A DNA stretch of 64,000 nucleotides from Akkermansia sp. (GTDB lineage Bacteria; Verrucomicrobiota; Verrucomicrobiia; Verrucomicrobiales; Akkermansiaceae), in NCBI GenBank assembly GCA_017399165.1, contig JAFQEF010000079.1:14005-78004 (forward strand), in the 5' to 3' direction. Position numbers and translations under genes: made by a program. Positions within the stretch are counted from its first letter, which is position 1. Every line of letters starts with the position of its first letter. A model generated the notes under the pieces. It saw only the letters and a program-made list of their open reading frames with translations. It was not told the origin of the DNA and made no database searches. Shown here in pieces: positions 10,334 to 18,602 of this stretch.

Positions 10334-10368
10334 GCGTCTTATCTTAGAATTTTTCTAAAATAAGACGC
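10334..10368. promoter_or_regulatory. 35-nt composite palindrome containing a TTAGAA-N3-TTCTAA box (candidate operator upstream of trxB and/or terminator of the upstream gene)
   Basis: Sequence is GCGTCTTAT-C-TTAGAA-TTT-TTCTAA-A-ATAAGACGC. The inner 19-mer tcttagaatttttctaaaa (10342-10360) recurs identically at 38128-38146, upstream of ahpC. Confidence 0.5.
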
Positions 10369-10382
10369 AAGTCAAGGTAAAA

Positions 10383-10988
10383 TCAGTGCTTCCCACACTT
10401 GCATTCATGGTTCTCACCATGTTTGTGCTTCCCGCAGCATTCATGGTTTTCACCATGACCACCGCAGCATTCATGGTCATCTCCATGGCCGCCACAGCAA
10501 CACTCGTGCTCATCATCGTGATGATGCCCCTCGCAATCGGAATCGCAATCCTCGCAATTACCGTGGCAACCACCACCACAGGAGCAAGCACTCATTTGCT
10601 GCTGCATGCTCTCTGCCACCTCTTCATCCGTAGGAGCCTCGCCCTTTTCAATGGCAAGGCAAAGGTATTGGTTGACGGTAGACAGAAGCTGATCAAGCTC
10701 TTGGCGAGCCTCAAGGAAACCACGGCAGGTGTCGTTCTCAACAACATTTTGACGCAGCGCATCAAACTTGGCAATTTCTTCCTCTGAGGGGGGCATGCCG
10801 GCCATGTGCTTATTACGCAGCTCCTCTCCGTACTCGTTGACTTTACGGAACAAATCCGTAGCCTCGGGGTTTTGGTAGAAAAGGCGAATACGGGCATTGG
10901 CAGAAACCACTTTCTGACACTGAGCAAAAGCTGATGCGAGCTCGGCGGTCAGTTTAGCAAGCTCGGGGGTAAGAGAAGTATTAGACAT
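10383..10988 (-). CDS. YlbF/YmcA-like (Com_YlbF family-like) protein with repetitive Cys/His-rich C-terminal tail
   Basis: The N-terminal ~135 aa form a helical domain resembling the YlbF/UPF0342 pattern. The C-terminal ~65 aa read CSCGGGCHGNCEDCDSDCEGHHHDDEHECCCGGHGDDHECCGGHGENHECCGKHKHGENHECKCGKH. Confidence 0.5.
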   Translation of the reverse strand: MSNTSLTPELAKLTAELASAFAQCQKVVSANARIRLFYQNPEATDLFRKVNEYGEELRNKHMAGMPPSEEEIAKFDALRQNVVENDTCRGFLEARQELDQLLSTVNQYLCLAIEKGEAPTDEEVAESMQQQMSACSCGGGCHGNCEDCDSDCEGHHHDDEHECCCGGHGDDHECCGGHGENHECCGKHKHGENHECKCGKH

Positions 10989-11168
10989 AACGCCGTAAGC
11001 GTAGCATTAACTGCGTTAAAAAGCAATGCCGTATTAAGTCAGCATACTGCAATAGAGAGCCCTGTACTACAAAAAATGCCATACTGAACTAATTTATCCT
11101 TTACTTACAGGTAGCTTTAGCGTACACTGACGCGCGACACGGTAAACCGCCGTGTGATTTGTACAAAA

Positions 11169-12452
11169 ATGAAGATCGTTCTTGCATACTCCGGTGGCCT
11201 TGACACATCCGTACTTCTGGTGTGGCTCAAGGAGAAGTACAATGCTGAAATTATTGCCTACTGTGCCGATGTAGGCCAGGCAGAGGAACTTGACGGCCTT
11301 GAAGAGAAAGCACTTGCCACAGGTGCTTCCAAATGCATCATCGGCGACCTTAAGGCAGATTTTGCTGCCAACTACATTTTCCCCATGTTCCAAGCCAACG
11401 CCGTGTATGAGGGCCGCTACCTGTTGGGCACCTCCATTGCACGCCCCTGTATCTCCAAAGCCATGGTAGATGTTGCCATTGCAGAGGGTGCAGATGCCAT
11501 TGCTCACGGTGCCACCGGCAAGGGTAATGACCAGGTGCGTTTTGAGCTTTCCATCAACGCACTGGCCCCGCAGCTCAAGGTAATTGCCCCGTGGCGTATG
11601 AAGGAGTGGCGAGACCAGTTCCCCGGCCGCTCCGAGCTGATTCAATATGCAGAGTCCCACGGTATCCCCATCCGCCAGAGCATGAAGAAGCCCTACTCCA
11701 TGGACCGCAACCTGTTGCACATCTCCTACGAGGCCGGTATTCTTGAAGACACTTGGTATGATGCCACCAAGGAGGAAGACCGCGGCATGTACCTGCTCTC
11801 CACCGCTCCGGAGGATGCCCCGGACAAACCCCAATACCTGCAATGCCTCTTTGAAAAAGGCAACATCATTGGTCTGCAAACGGAAGGGCTTGAGGAAATC
11901 ATGGCCACCGTCGGCACCAAGGCCATCGGTGAGAAAGACGGCTACACCCTGCTCGACCCGCTGGGTGTCATGCTCGTGCTCAACTTCTTGGGTGGCAAGC
12001 ACGGTATCGGTCGTGTCGATATCATCGAAAACCGCTTTGTCGGCATGAAGAGCCGCGGTATCTACGAGACCCCCGGTGGCACCATTCTGCTGGCTGCTCA
12101 TCGCGACATTGAGACCATCACCATGGACCGTGAGGCTCAAAAAGTGCGTGACTCCCTCATCCCCGACTATGCTTCCATGGTATACAACGGCTTCTGGTTT
12201 GCCCCCGAGCGTGAGGCGATTCAAGCCCTTGTTACCAAGACTCAGGAAACCGTCAACGGTGAGGTTCGCCTTAAACTCTACAAAGGCAACGTCATGTACG
12301 CCGGCCGCAAGAGCCCGAACTCCCTCTACAGCTACGAAATTGCTACCATGGAGGGCGACTACACCGATGAGGATTACAACCAGGACGACGCCTCCGGCTT
12401 CATCCACCTCAACGGCCTGCGCCTCAAGCAATTCGCCAGAGTTAATCACTGA
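11169..12452 (+). CDS. argG: argininosuccinate synthase
   Basis: Begins [14 protein letters not shown] (N-type ATP pyrophosphatase motif) with family-typical sequence throughout. Start set at ATG 11169 rather than the upstream ORF start 11154. Confidence 0.95.
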   Translation: MKIVLAYSGGLDTSVLLVWLKEKYNAEIIAYCADVGQAEELDGLEEKALATGASKCIIGDLKADFAANYIFPMFQANAVYEGRYLLGTSIARPCISKAMVDVAIAEGADAIAHGATGKGNDQVRFELSINALAPQLKVIAPWRMKEWRDQFPGRSELIQYAESHGIPIRQSMKKPYSMDRNLLHISYEAGILEDTWYDATKEEDRGMYLLSTAPEDAPDKPQYLQCLFEKGNIIGLQTEGLEEIMATVGTKAIGEKDGYTLLDPLGVMLVLNFLGGKHGIGRVDIIENRFVGMKSRGIYETPGGTILLAAHRDIETITMDREAQKVRDSLIPDYASMVYNGFWFAPEREAIQALVTKTQETVNGEVRLKLYKGNVMYAGRKSPNSLYSYEIATMEGDYTDEDYNQDDASGFIHLNGLRLKQFARVNH

Positions 12453-12465
12453 TTTTATCATCAAT

Positions 12466-12507
12466 AAGCGTTTGCCTGAATTATCAGGCAAACGCTTTAT
12501 CTTTTTT
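12466..12507 (+). terminator. rho-independent terminator of argG
   Basis: Perfect 14-bp stem AAGCGTTTGCCTGA (12466-12479) / loop atta / TCAGGCAAACGCTT (12484-12497), then TATCTTTTTT. Confidence 0.85.
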
Positions 12508-12513
12508 ACACAT

Positions 12514-13638
12514 ATGCAGAAGAAACCACGCATAGCCATACTAGGGGATTTTCCTATAGGCAATATTAGTGCAACATACCTCCCACGTAGTAGCTTTTAT
12601 CCATCGTGGTTATATATGCTCCATAAGGCTTTTTCTAATTCTGATGATTTCGATCTTCACTGGTTAATCGTAGATAAAAACTGTAAAAAAGCCGACATAG
12701 TCTCCGTAGAAAACCAAACTTTCCACATATTGCCAGGTACAGGTTTAACAATCGGTTTATATACAGCTTACTTATACAATCGCTGGCAAGTTGCACAATG
12801 CGTCAAAAAAATTAAGCCTAATCTATTTCACGCATGGGGAACAGAGCGTTTTTACGGACTCTGTGCAAAAGATTTCAAAGGGAAAAGCATACTATCTGTT
12901 CAGGGACTTTTGAAAGCCTATATGCAGAGAGGAACTGTATCAAAGTTCGAGCGCAGACATAGTATATATGAACCATCCGTTTTAAAAAAAGTTAATTATA
13001 TCACTACAGAATCTCCATGGGCGCGTGACAGGGTATTAGAAATAGAACCAAACGCAAATATTGCGCTGTGTGACTATGCTGTTGAACCTATATTTTTTTC
13101 AGTTACCCGAAATCTTTCTGATGAGCCTAGCTGTTTGATATCGTGCTCTAATGCCCCCATTAAAAATATAGATCTTGCAATTTCTGCTTTTTCTTCACCG
13201 GAACTCTCCCATATCAAACTTTATTTAGCCGGAGTCTCTGCAGAAAGATACGCCAATCTGCATTCCAACATTATTCCTCTTGGTAGACTTAACAGAGAAG
13301 AACTAGTTTTTCACTTAAGTCATTGTTGGTGTTTAATACACCCCAGCTTGGCAGATACCGGTCCCACCTCAGTCAAAGAGGCTCGCGTGGCCGGTGTGCC
13401 TGTGGTGCTTACAACAGAGTGCGGTGCAAAGCAGTATGTGGAGCACGGTAAGTCCGGTTACATTATTGAGCCCAAAGATAAACAAGCACTTATCGACGCA
13501 GTGTTGGCTGTAACGGGGTCGCAGCAAACGTCTCTGGATATGGGCTCTTTTGACGTAGAACGCTGCAGAAAAGCTTTATCTCGCGATAACATGTTCGCCA
13601 CGTTTGCTGCGCTGTATCATAATGTATTACAATCATGA
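12514..13638 (+). CDS. glycosyltransferase family 4 (GT-B, GT1 clan)
   Basis: Starts at internal ATG 12514 (MQKKPRIAILG). The upstream part of ORF 12076 overlaps argG and is spurious. C-terminal GT4 signature is GPTSVKEARVAGVPVVLTTECGAKQYVEHGKSGYIIEP. Markedly low G+C. Confidence 0.8.
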   Translation: MQKKPRIAILGDFPIGNISATYLPRSSFYPSWLYMLHKAFSNSDDFDLHWLIVDKNCKKADIVSVENQTFHILPGTGLTIGLYTAYLYNRWQVAQCVKKIKPNLFHAWGTERFYGLCAKDFKGKSILSVQGLLKAYMQRGTVSKFERRHSIYEPSVLKKVNYITTESPWARDRVLEIEPNANIALCDYAVEPIFFSVTRNLSDEPSCLISCSNAPIKNIDLAISAFSSPELSHIKLYLAGVSAERYANLHSNIIPLGRLNREELVFHLSHCWCLIHPSLADTGPTSVKEARVAGVPVVLTTECGAKQYVEHGKSGYIIEPKDKQALIDAVLAVTGSQQTSLDMGSFDVERCRKALSRDNMFATFAALYHNVLQS

Positions 13639-14513
13639 ATATGCAACCGAGAATTTTTTTTCTGAGCTTTGCTGATTCTCGCATGGTCAGCGCAGCCGCT
13701 CGTCTCACCGCGCAGGCCCAAGCCATGCAATTCTTTGATGAGATTCATATTCTGAATGAGCATAACCTTGATGCTGATTTTTATGCGCACCACCGCCATT
13801 TGATGACTCCCACGGTGCGAGGGTTCGGCTACTGGTTATGGAAACCGCATATCATCCGCACGCAGTTAGAGAAATTGCAAGAGAACGATATCCTCATCTA
13901 TTGCGATGCCGGCTGTCACCTTAACCCCAAAGGCATGGCAAAGCTTGAGGAATATATCAGCAAGCTTCAGGCTGATGCGCTCGGCGTTAAGGCTTTCCCC
14001 GTATGCGCCTCATGGATTGATGTTTACGAAAAACGTTGGACCAAGGGGGATATATTCAGCTATTTTGATTGCAGAGACAATCGAGAAATTACGGAGTCCG
14101 CACAAATTGCAGCCACTCAAATTTATATCCGAAAGTGCCAAGCCTCTATGGATTTTGTTACAGAGTGGGAGTCTATTTGCTGTTCCAATATCGCGTTGAT
14201 AGACGACTCTCGCTCCAAGACACCCAATTCCGTTTTCTTTTTGGACAACCGGCATGACCAGAGCCTCTTTTCCGTGCTGTTCAAACTGCGTGGCGGGGTC
14301 GCTTTTCCCGCCGGTGAAACAGATTTACCAAAAACTGCAGTCCTCGACAAGTTTCCCATCTGGAACTCCCGTGATAAAGGCGTCAAAGACAAACGCCTAC
14401 ATGCCAGATTGCAGCGCAACCTTAAAGCAAAATTGCTTAAGCTGCGCTTGAAGTGGCAACCCATCAAATGCCGTATTATTACGGCCTTATCGCGCGGTGT
14501 AAAACCGTTCTGA
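13635..14513 (+). CDS. hypothetical protein co-transcribed with the glycosyltransferase (probable glycan-biosynthesis accessory protein)
   Basis: 292-aa ORF whose ATG overlaps the GT stop (ATGA at 13635-13638). I cannot assign a catalytic motif with confidence. Confidence 0.5.
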   Translation: MNMQPRIFFLSFADSRMVSAAARLTAQAQAMQFFDEIHILNEHNLDADFYAHHRHLMTPTVRGFGYWLWKPHIIRTQLEKLQENDILIYCDAGCHLNPKGMAKLEEYISKLQADALGVKAFPVCASWIDVYEKRWTKGDIFSYFDCRDNREITESAQIAATQIYIRKCQASMDFVTEWESICCSNIALIDDSRSKTPNSVFFLDNRHDQSLFSVLFKLRGGVAFPAGETDLPKTAVLDKFPIWNSRDKGVKDKRLHARLQRNLKAKLLKLRLKWQPIKCRIITALSRGVKPF

Positions 14514-14518
14514 TGCCT

Positions 14519-15616
14519 TTATTTCAGCACCTCCCGCAGCACCTCAAGGCAGCGGGAGTTTTCTTTTTCATTACCCACGGTAATGCGGATGTATTCCGGG
14601 AGGCCGTAGCCATCCATGTGGCGCAGGATAACACCCTTAGCGAGGCAGGCGTTAAAGACATCCCTGCCTCGTCCTGTTTTAACGAGAATAAAGTTACCGT
14701 GGGAGGGGATGTACTCTATCCCCCATTGCTCGAAAGCGGTGTAAAATTGCTTTTTACCCTTTGCAACCATGCGCACAGAGGCCTCCAGATGCTCCTTATC
14801 ATCCAAAGCAGCCACGGTGGCGGCCTGAGCCATCAGATTCATGTTAAAGGGAGTACGTGCTTTATTGAGCAAATCTGCAATCTCGGGCGTGGTGATACCA
14901 TAACCGGCGCGTAACCCGGCCAAGCCGTATGCTTTGGAAAAGGTACGCAACAAAATCACATTCTTACCCTGTTTCACATATTTAATGGTATCGGGCTTCA
15001 CATCTGCAAAATCAATATAAGCCTCATCAAATGCCACAATCACATGCTCAGGCACTTGAGCCATAAAGGCATCCATCTCTTCCTGAAACACCATGGTACC
15101 CACCGGGTTTGTGGGGTTAGTAATAAAGATAAGGCGTGTTTGCGGGGTGATGGCTTTGAGCATAGCCATCAGGTCATGGCTCCAATCCGCCTTATTCTCT
15201 ACCTCCACATACTTTGCGCCGAAAAGCTTGCACATAATAGGGTACATAGAGAAACTGTGCTTGGCAGCCATCAGCTCAATTCCCTCATGCAAACAGGCAT
15301 GGCACAGCAACTCAATAATCTCACTGCTGCCGCTACCTACCACCGTCTGCTTAAAATCCACCCCGAACATACCGGCCAACTTACTGCGCAGGGCAAAAGA
15401 GGCACCATCCGGGTAAATATGAGCCCCCATGGCAGCCTGTTGCATGGCTTGTACCGCCTTGGGAGACGGCCCAAGGGAGTTTTCATTGGAAGCCAACTTA
15501 ACAATATCAGACGCATTCAGCCCCAATTCTCGGGCGGTTTCTTCAATTGGCTTGCCGGGTTGATATGCTACAAGATCCAGCACGTACTGATTAGCGTATT
15601 GTGTAATGGTGCTCAT
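14519..15616 (-). CDS. hisC: histidinol-phosphate aminotransferase
   Basis: 365 aa. Class-II aminotransferase with PLP-lysine motif FSKAYGLAGLRAGY and N-terminal KLASNENSLGPSP. Confidence 0.9.
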   Translation of the reverse strand: MSTITQYANQYVLDLVAYQPGKPIEETARELGLNASDIVKLASNENSLGPSPKAVQAMQQAAMGAHIYPDGASFALRSKLAGMFGVDFKQTVVGSGSSEIIELLCHACLHEGIELMAAKHSFSMYPIMCKLFGAKYVEVENKADWSHDLMAMLKAITPQTRLIFITNPTNPVGTMVFQEEMDAFMAQVPEHVIVAFDEAYIDFADVKPDTIKYVKQGKNVILLRTFSKAYGLAGLRAGYGITTPEIADLLNKARTPFNMNLMAQAATVAALDDKEHLEASVRMVAKGKKQFYTAFEQWGIEYIPSHGNFILVKTGRGRDVFNACLAKGVILRHMDGYGLPEYIRITVGNEKENSRCLEVLREVLK

Positions 15617-15699
15617 AAAAACAAGCGCATTATAGTATATGCAAAAAGCATAATCAAGCCTGTAATCCAGCCATAACGCGTAGTGACACGCTTTTTTGC

Positions 15700-15728
15700 T
15701 TGCAAATGCTCATAAAATATCATATAAG
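15700..15728 (+). promoter_or_regulatory. sigma70-like promoter candidate
   Basis: TTGCAA (15700-15705), 17-nt spacer, TATAAG (15723-15728), 25 nt upstream of ATG 15754. Confidence 0.3.
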
Positions 15729-15753
15729 AACCTAAAGCAATGCTGTTTTGGGT

Positions 15754-16557
15754 ATGAACAAGCTTATGCCGCATCTGTTTCTGAGTACAGCAGGCCTACT
15801 GAGCACAGTGGGTCTCGGGTACGCGCAGTCTGAGGTATCGGTTCAACTGCACTCCTGTCGCTCCGAGTTCAGGCCTCATGATTCTACGGATAACCCCGGC
15901 TTCGGCGTAAAGTTCGAGCTTACCCCGGCTGCAGATGTTACCCTGATAGAGACAGAGCACCTGGGCTCCACCATCACCCTTACAGACGACAAAGGCTGCA
16001 AATACACACCATCCACAGCTCGCCTCTATACAGAGGACGGCAAAACCTACGCCAAGTTCACCTATAAAAAACGCCCCGGCGGCAGTAAAATCAAACTCAG
16101 CGGGGAGCTGGATATTTCTTTGGCAAAAAATGTAGCCAAACACTCCAACATTAAGGCGGATGCCCTTGCCCCCTCCTCCGTCCAAATCAACGGCAGCACC
16201 TTTAACATTACCCCGGCTGCAGCTAACGCAGATAAAGGCAATAAAGAAGGTGAGCGCTTGCGCCGCGCAGAAATATCCCTGCAATACCCCGCCAACATCA
16301 CCATTATGCAGATTGCCCGCCAATGGGGGCCGGAATCCGCAGATGCCTTTGTGCAGGAGATTGACTTTGCCACCACCGCTTCTCAAGATAACACCACCAA
16401 AACCACCACATTTGTGCTGGTGGATGCCCTACCCGCCCCACTGCTGGAAATCTCCACCTGCACAGAGACAAAGGCTATCAAACTCCCGGTCAATTTTGAT
16501 GTAACCCTCAGCGGGGTCACCACACCGCCTGCAGCACAAGAAAACGTATCTCAATAG
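15754..16557 (+). CDS. secreted hypothetical protein
   Basis: Signal peptide (MNKLMPHLFLSTAGLLSTVGLGYAQS) followed by a beta-rich sequence with no recognisable motif. Start could also be TTG 15748. Confidence 0.6.
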   Translation: MNKLMPHLFLSTAGLLSTVGLGYAQSEVSVQLHSCRSEFRPHDSTDNPGFGVKFELTPAADVTLIETEHLGSTITLTDDKGCKYTPSTARLYTEDGKTYAKFTYKKRPGGSKIKLSGELDISLAKNVAKHSNIKADALAPSSVQINGSTFNITPAAANADKGNKEGERLRRAEISLQYPANITIMQIARQWGPESADAFVQEIDFATTASQDNTTKTTTFVLVDALPAPLLEISTCTETKAIKLPVNFDVTLSGVTTPPAAQENVSQ

Positions 16558-16561
16558 ACTC

Positions 16562-17320
16562 ATGTTGCGTAACTTTCTGTACAGTCTTCTGTTTACACCT
16601 GCTGCATTATACGCAGCAGATGCCCCGCCCACCATCAAAATATCCCCGCAAAGCATAGAATGCCTGTACAATGTAACGGAGCAACCAGGGGCCGACCCCG
16701 CCGTGCGCTGCACGGTTCGCTTACACGTCACACCGTCCAAAGGAGCCACACTGTGGACCCACGAGGAAGCCCCCATGCCGGACTTAGAAGCCACGGATGG
16801 CGCCGGCAACAAAATGACGGGTAAGTTCCGTGATTGGGAGTTATGCTTTGATTCTAAAGACGCTCACTGCCACATCATGGTGTATGACTTCACCCAACTG
16901 CCGGCCGGAGACACCCTCAACTTCGACACCTCGCTCGAGCTCCCCGTAACCCCCGGCGTGCAAAAGCATGAAGCCCCCACCTTCAGCACCACCCAAAAAA
17001 CCACTTGCACCATCGCCGGGCACCAAGTAGAAATTGAGCCCCTGGAACGCTCCGCCGCAGCCCCGGATGAACTCATACTGCGAGTCACCTATACAGATGC
17101 GGAAAAAGTGCCCGAAATCATCATTTGCGACGACGAGGGCTACCACCTCAAAAGCAACCTGATTGACGCAGAATACCATGCAGACTCCGCAAAAGTAACA
17201 GCCGTGTATGTGCAAAAATACACCAAAAAGGAAGGCAAAATCGCCCTGCGCACCTACCAACCTCGTGTCAATGTCAAATCCTCCGTTAAGTTCAATGCCT
17301 CCATCGGCAGAAACAAATAA
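16562..17320 (+). CDS. secreted hypothetical protein
   Basis: Signal peptide (MLRNFLYSLLFTPAALYAADA). Lies 4 nt after the preceding ORF and has similar size and composition. Confidence 0.6.
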   Translation: MLRNFLYSLLFTPAALYAADAPPTIKISPQSIECLYNVTEQPGADPAVRCTVRLHVTPSKGATLWTHEEAPMPDLEATDGAGNKMTGKFRDWELCFDSKDAHCHIMVYDFTQLPAGDTLNFDTSLELPVTPGVQKHEAPTFSTTQKTTCTIAGHQVEIEPLERSAAAPDELILRVTYTDAEKVPEIIICDDEGYHLKSNLIDAEYHADSAKVTAVYVQKYTKKEGKIALRTYQPRVNVKSSVKFNASIGRNK

Positions 17321-17414
17321 TCTCCACCAATTTTATCGGATTTAGCTTGACAAAATCCCCCAAATAGATAGACTTTCAACCGAACAGATTAATTTCAAAA
17401 CAAATAAAAACATT

Positions 17415-18542
17415 ATGGAACCGTACAGCATGAAGAACCCGTACCCTGCCACCGTGCAGAGTGTTCGCCCCGTCACCAAACCCGGCAGCGCCAAAGAGAC
17501 CATCCATATAGACTACAACCTCGGCGACTCCGGACTCACCTATGTTACGGGTGATGCCTTAGGGGTATTCCCCTGCAACGACCCCGCCTTGGTAGATGCC
17601 CTCATCGCAGCACTCGGGCTGGATGCCGCAGAACCTGTTCCCATGCCGGATGGCGCCACCGCCCCCCTGAGAGAGGCCCTCATCAATGCTTACGATATCA
17701 CCTCTCTCAAAAAAGGCAACCTCACCAAATGGAATGCCGTGGCCAACAGCGAAAAACTGACCGCTATTCTCGCAGATAAGGATGCCCTTAAAGACTACTG
17801 CTGGGGGCGAGACCTGCTCGATGTAGCACAAGATGCCGTCACCACAGCCAAGTTTGAAAATGCAGCCGCATTTGTTGCCATCCTCGGCAAACTTACCCCG
17901 CGCCTGTACTCCATTGCCAGCAGCCCGGATGCCGTACCCGGCCAAGTTTCCCTTTGCGTGGGTGCCGTTCGCTACACCGCTCAAGAGCGCCAACGCGGTG
18001 GCGTTTGCTCCACCTACATGGCAGACCGCCTCAAGGCCGGTGACAAAGTGAAGGTATTTGTTCACAGCAACAAAAACTTCCGCCTGCCCGAGGACGGCAA
18101 CACCCCCATCATCATGGTGGGTCCCGGCACCGGCATTGCTCCGTTCCGAGCCTTCTGGCAACAGCGTGTGGCAGACAACGCCCCCGGCGCCAACTGGCTC
18201 TTCTTCGGCAACCCCTACAAGGCTACAGATGGCTGCTATGAGGACGAAATCGCTCCGCTTGTAGAAAGCGGCAAGCTCCGTCTCTCCGTTGCCTGGAGCC
18301 GCGACCAAGCCCACAAGATCTACGTGCAAAACCTCATGGAGGAAGCCGGCGCAGAGATTTGGCAATGGCTGGAGAACGGCGCCGCTGTCTACATGTGCGG
18401 AGATGCCAACCGCATGGCTAAAGATGTGGAGAAAGCCCTGCTCTCCATCATCTCCACCCACGGCAACCGCACGGAGGAAGAGGCAGCCGAATACCTCAAG
18501 AACATGAAGGCAGCCAAGCGTTACCAGAAAGACGTTTACTAA
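17415..18542 (+). CDS. CysJ-like FAD/NADPH-binding oxidoreductase (sulfite reductase flavoprotein C-terminal module only, no FMN domain)
   Basis: Contains GDSGLTYVTGDALGVFPCNDPALV, RLYSIASSP (FAD), GPGTGIAPFRAF (NADPH) and a C-terminal KRYQKDVY like E. coli CysJ ..RYQRDVY. Confidence 0.85.
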   Translation: MEPYSMKNPYPATVQSVRPVTKPGSAKETIHIDYNLGDSGLTYVTGDALGVFPCNDPALVDALIAALGLDAAEPVPMPDGATAPLREALINAYDITSLKKGNLTKWNAVANSEKLTAILADKDALKDYCWGRDLLDVAQDAVTTAKFENAAAFVAILGKLTPRLYSIASSPDAVPGQVSLCVGAVRYTAQERQRGGVCSTYMADRLKAGDKVKVFVHSNKNFRLPEDGNTPIIMVGPGTGIAPFRAFWQQRVADNAPGANWLFFGNPYKATDGCYEDEIAPLVESGKLRLSVAWSRDQAHKIYVQNLMEEAGAEIWQWLENGAAVYMCGDANRMAKDVEKALLSIISTHGNRTEEEAAEYLKNMKAAKRYQKDVY

Positions 18543-18565
18543 TCCCCCCATCGCCCCCTTCATCG

Positions 18566-18602
18566 CCCGCTGCTTAACAAAATAAGCAGCGGGCCATTTT
18601 TT
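18566..18602 (+). terminator. rho-independent terminator of the cysJ-like gene
   Basis: CCCGCTGCTTA (18566-18576) / loop acaaaa / TAAGCAGCGGG (18583-18593), then CCATTTTTT. Confidence 0.8.

Noticed and set aside
12076-12513. N-terminal 146 codons of track ORF 12076..13638
   Set aside because: This part lies inside argG in another frame and crosses the argG terminator. Its translation is Pro/Ser/Thr/Arg-rich nonsense. The glycosyltransferase homology begins at ATG 12514.
11094-12563. 489-aa ORF antisense to argG
   Set aside because: It overlaps argininosuccinate synthase, a gene with unmistakable homology, along its whole length. Its composition is Gly/Val/Ala/His-rich and low in complexity, as is typical of a reverse-frame shadow in GC-rich coding DNA. 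It has no independent start context.
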